This document shows positions 61,493 through 64,000 of a stretch of DNA of 64,000 nt, in pieces. A model generated the notes under the pieces. That model ran no database searches. It saw only the letters and a list, made by a program, of their open reading frames with translations, and was not told the origin of the DNA. Position 1 is the stretch's first letter; each line of letters begins with the position of its first letter. The position numbers and the translations under genes are program-made. Source of the DNA: Asterias rubens (taxonomy: Eukaryota); contig NC_047064.1 of assembly GCF_902459465.1 (NCBI RefSeq), forward strand, positions 930,001 through 994,000, read 5' to 3'.

Positions 61493-62699
61493 AAGTACAA
61501 ATCTAATAGCACCAGATGGAGCTTTTCTGCCAGCGGAGGCCTTAAGTGAGGTAGTGAAGTATCAAGTAGCACCCACTGTGAAGTCAATGGGGTACCTTAT
61601 GCTTCATTACAGGGTTTAAATTCAATCAATTGAAAGGCCAGACAGATAATGTAAAAGGCTACCTCCATGACTAGGGTCGCTGAAGGGGGGTGCATGCTTC
61701 TGTGTTATTACTGGAGGAGGTGGGATACATTGGCAGTAAGTTACTGTTACATTGAGACACTTGCATTGCCTGGATGGGTGAGAATTCCTCAAGATTCAAG
61801 TGTCAATATAAGACACTTAGGGAGGTATGGGAGAGACCAAGGAAATGTAAAAATCTCTTTCATGTTGTCTTGCATCCCATTTGAAGCCAAAGTTTCTCAG
61901 AAAAAGAACCACAAATAAAGAAAAAGAGAGGATTTTGGAGCAAAACCTGGGAGACTTTTTACAGAGAAAACCCAAGCCATCCAATTACCAGTGGCAGGAT
62001 TCGAACTGGAGTAAAATATAACGAAGGAAGGGAAGATGCCACCCCACCAACCCAACCATAAGGTTGATTTTCCCATGGCTTTACCACAGTCACCAATGTA
62101 CATGTACCATATGCTTTGATTTATATATAGAGTGTTATCCCAGAACCATAACTTCTGCCACCATTACCCATTGTTAAACTTTATCTTGATTCATAGAGTG
62201 TAAGCATAGCAATACTTTTCTGCAGTTCAGTTCAGTTCAATTCAGAAAGTAGACTTTCAAAGCATACCACAAGTAGCTGTATTATACTTGATTTTATCTT
62301 TTCCCCTTAGTTTCTATCCATTTAACACCTAAACATGTTGTTCACAAACACAGTTAAAGTATGTGACATACCTGGTTACATTTAATGCAGACTGAAATCT
62401 GTGTAACCCGTGGCTAACCTTTTCTAGCAGGCGTCCCACTACGTGCTGGTAATATGTTATGATTGTCCTTGCTCATTGTGTCTGTATGAATAGAAAGTCA
62501 CTGATCCTGTTGAGTTTGACCGACACTTTTAGGAATAAAATGGTGATGAGCTGACACCTGTTAAGGGGTGGTTCTGAACTCAAAACGAAAATTTTGCCTT
62601 ACATAATTTGTTTTGACCATTACACCTATGTGTATTAAGCATTGTATACTAGTACTTTCCAGAGTTTTGTGAAGAAAAAAAATCCACAGGCAAAATGCA

Positions 62700-62775
62700 C
62701 AGGTTGGGTTCTAACCCACAACCTTTGCATTGCTAGAGCAGATGTCTTACCACTAGACTACCAAGTTAGCCCAGT
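62700..62775 (-). mobile_element. tRNA-derived SINE head
   Basis: Minus strand GGTAGTCTAGTGGTAAGACATCTGCTCTAGCAATGCAAAGGTTGTGGGTTAGAACCC has box A and a degenerate box B. Confidence 0.6.
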
Positions 62776-64000
62776 GGGTAGAGGCAGTTTTACCTGGTTG
62801 AATATGTTATACATGTACTTTTGATTTGAATGGTATAAGAAATATTTAGAATAAATAAATGATATGAATTTTTAGAAAGGATAAAAGGTTTCATATGTTT
62901 ACAAACTAAATGAGCTCTTTTGCCAAGTTGTGCCAAGTTCTCAACTTAGGAAGAGTACCTAGGAAGAGGTATAACATTTACTCATTCCCTTCACAGATAT
63001 TCTACTTATAAGTGTAGAAGTAAGATGGATAAATGAAACATTTTATAAGTCAAACAAGAGTGCAGTCTCAAAGAGAATATTTCATAGACAGATCTGCTAC
63101 TTCATTCTTTTATTTGGGCAAAGCAGTTTTTTCTTTATAAATTGCACCTCTATGAGCAAAGTAAATTTCTACTCAAATAAAGCCTGCAAAAATGTTATGT
63201 TAGTCAACAAATTTTATAACCTCTGTGCTTATTGACAAGAAGACTTAGAATAAATACCACAACAAACCAACCATGATTCAAAGGCATATACCTCGCCGTA
63301 GGCAAAATATTTTATATAATACATGGTCATAAACTGGAACTTTTACGTCCGAAAACTGTGAAGTCAATAGGAGGCCAGGAGGTATTGAAGTACGCAGAAT
63401 TCCAGAATTTTCTAAGGGTGACCAAACAAATTCACACTTTTGCAATGGAGAGTTGTTCATGCATGCCTTAGTGCTTTAGTTCCTACTTGTTGCAACTCAG
63501 TGAGTCTGTTCTACAGGGGGTGGGAAGAAATCGCACTTTAATGCTTTCATACCCACACTCCAGTGCCCATAGATTCATTTAGACTTCAGAATTTCAAATT
63601 CAACACCCCTCCTCCCCAAACTCCCAAACACAAAGAAAACAGAAAATAAGAAAGGTTTATGAAAACAAGCCTAGTTCCTGGTTGTTTTCTACCTGATGGC
63701 CAGTGCAGTCATTAGATGAGCATCAATGCCTCAAAACATTGCCAAACACTTTCCTCAGGATTACGCGACACAAATTGAATTTTTTTGAAATGACACAATT
63801 TCCTTTTTTCAAAAGGTTATAATTTTCTCCAATAACAGCTGGACCAATGTAGAGTCAGGTTCCCCAATGTTGGAATTTTCCGCACAAAGCGCACACAATT
63901 ATAATTTAGAGATAAATGTAAGGGGGCCAATTTCATGACTCTGCTTACCTTAAAAGCAAATAATGGGCACTTACAGAAGCAGAGAACTCCCAGGTTAGTA

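Noticed and set aside
571-63460. The many 60-110 aa ORFs in the supplied track as genes
   Set aside because: Most start at TTG/GTG, overlap on both strands, have low-complexity AT-driven composition or lie in repeats. Only the LINE fragments and the 34.7-kb exon have supporting motifs.

Overview
AT-rich, intron-dominated animal genomic DNA. It is not prokaryotic: there are no operons and no CRISPR array, and almost all ORFs in the supplied track look like chance ORFs or transposon debris. The repeat families resemble those of a deuterostome invertebrate, possibly a sea star (inference, unverified). The best-supported host feature is one + strand exon (34614/34688-34877) carrying a start codon and a signal peptide (MAVKLGLLVLLMVTIATG-MDDDVCSHPVTRLIKYQ), with a possible 5' UTR exon and promoter about 32 kb upstream. 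The rest is a mosaic of mobile DNA: two 5'-truncated L2-type LINE copies (one with a clear 9-bp TSD), a decayed CR1-group LINE, several tRNA-derived SINE-like elements including a CORE-type SINE, TTAA-flanked Kolobok-type MITEs, TWA-flanked PIF/Harbinger-type MITEs, and many local tandem duplications. The most interesting signal is a set of minimal hammerhead ribozyme motifs in dispersed repeats. One is structurally intact (minus strand, 32655-32698) and sits at the edge of a 42-bp inverted repeat. One is a decayed relative with compensatory stem changes (38127-38168). A second family has a non-canonical U3-A8/C4 core (inverted pair at 22574-22653, plus 32086-32126). Together they suggest non-autonomous Penelope-like or retrozyme-type elements.
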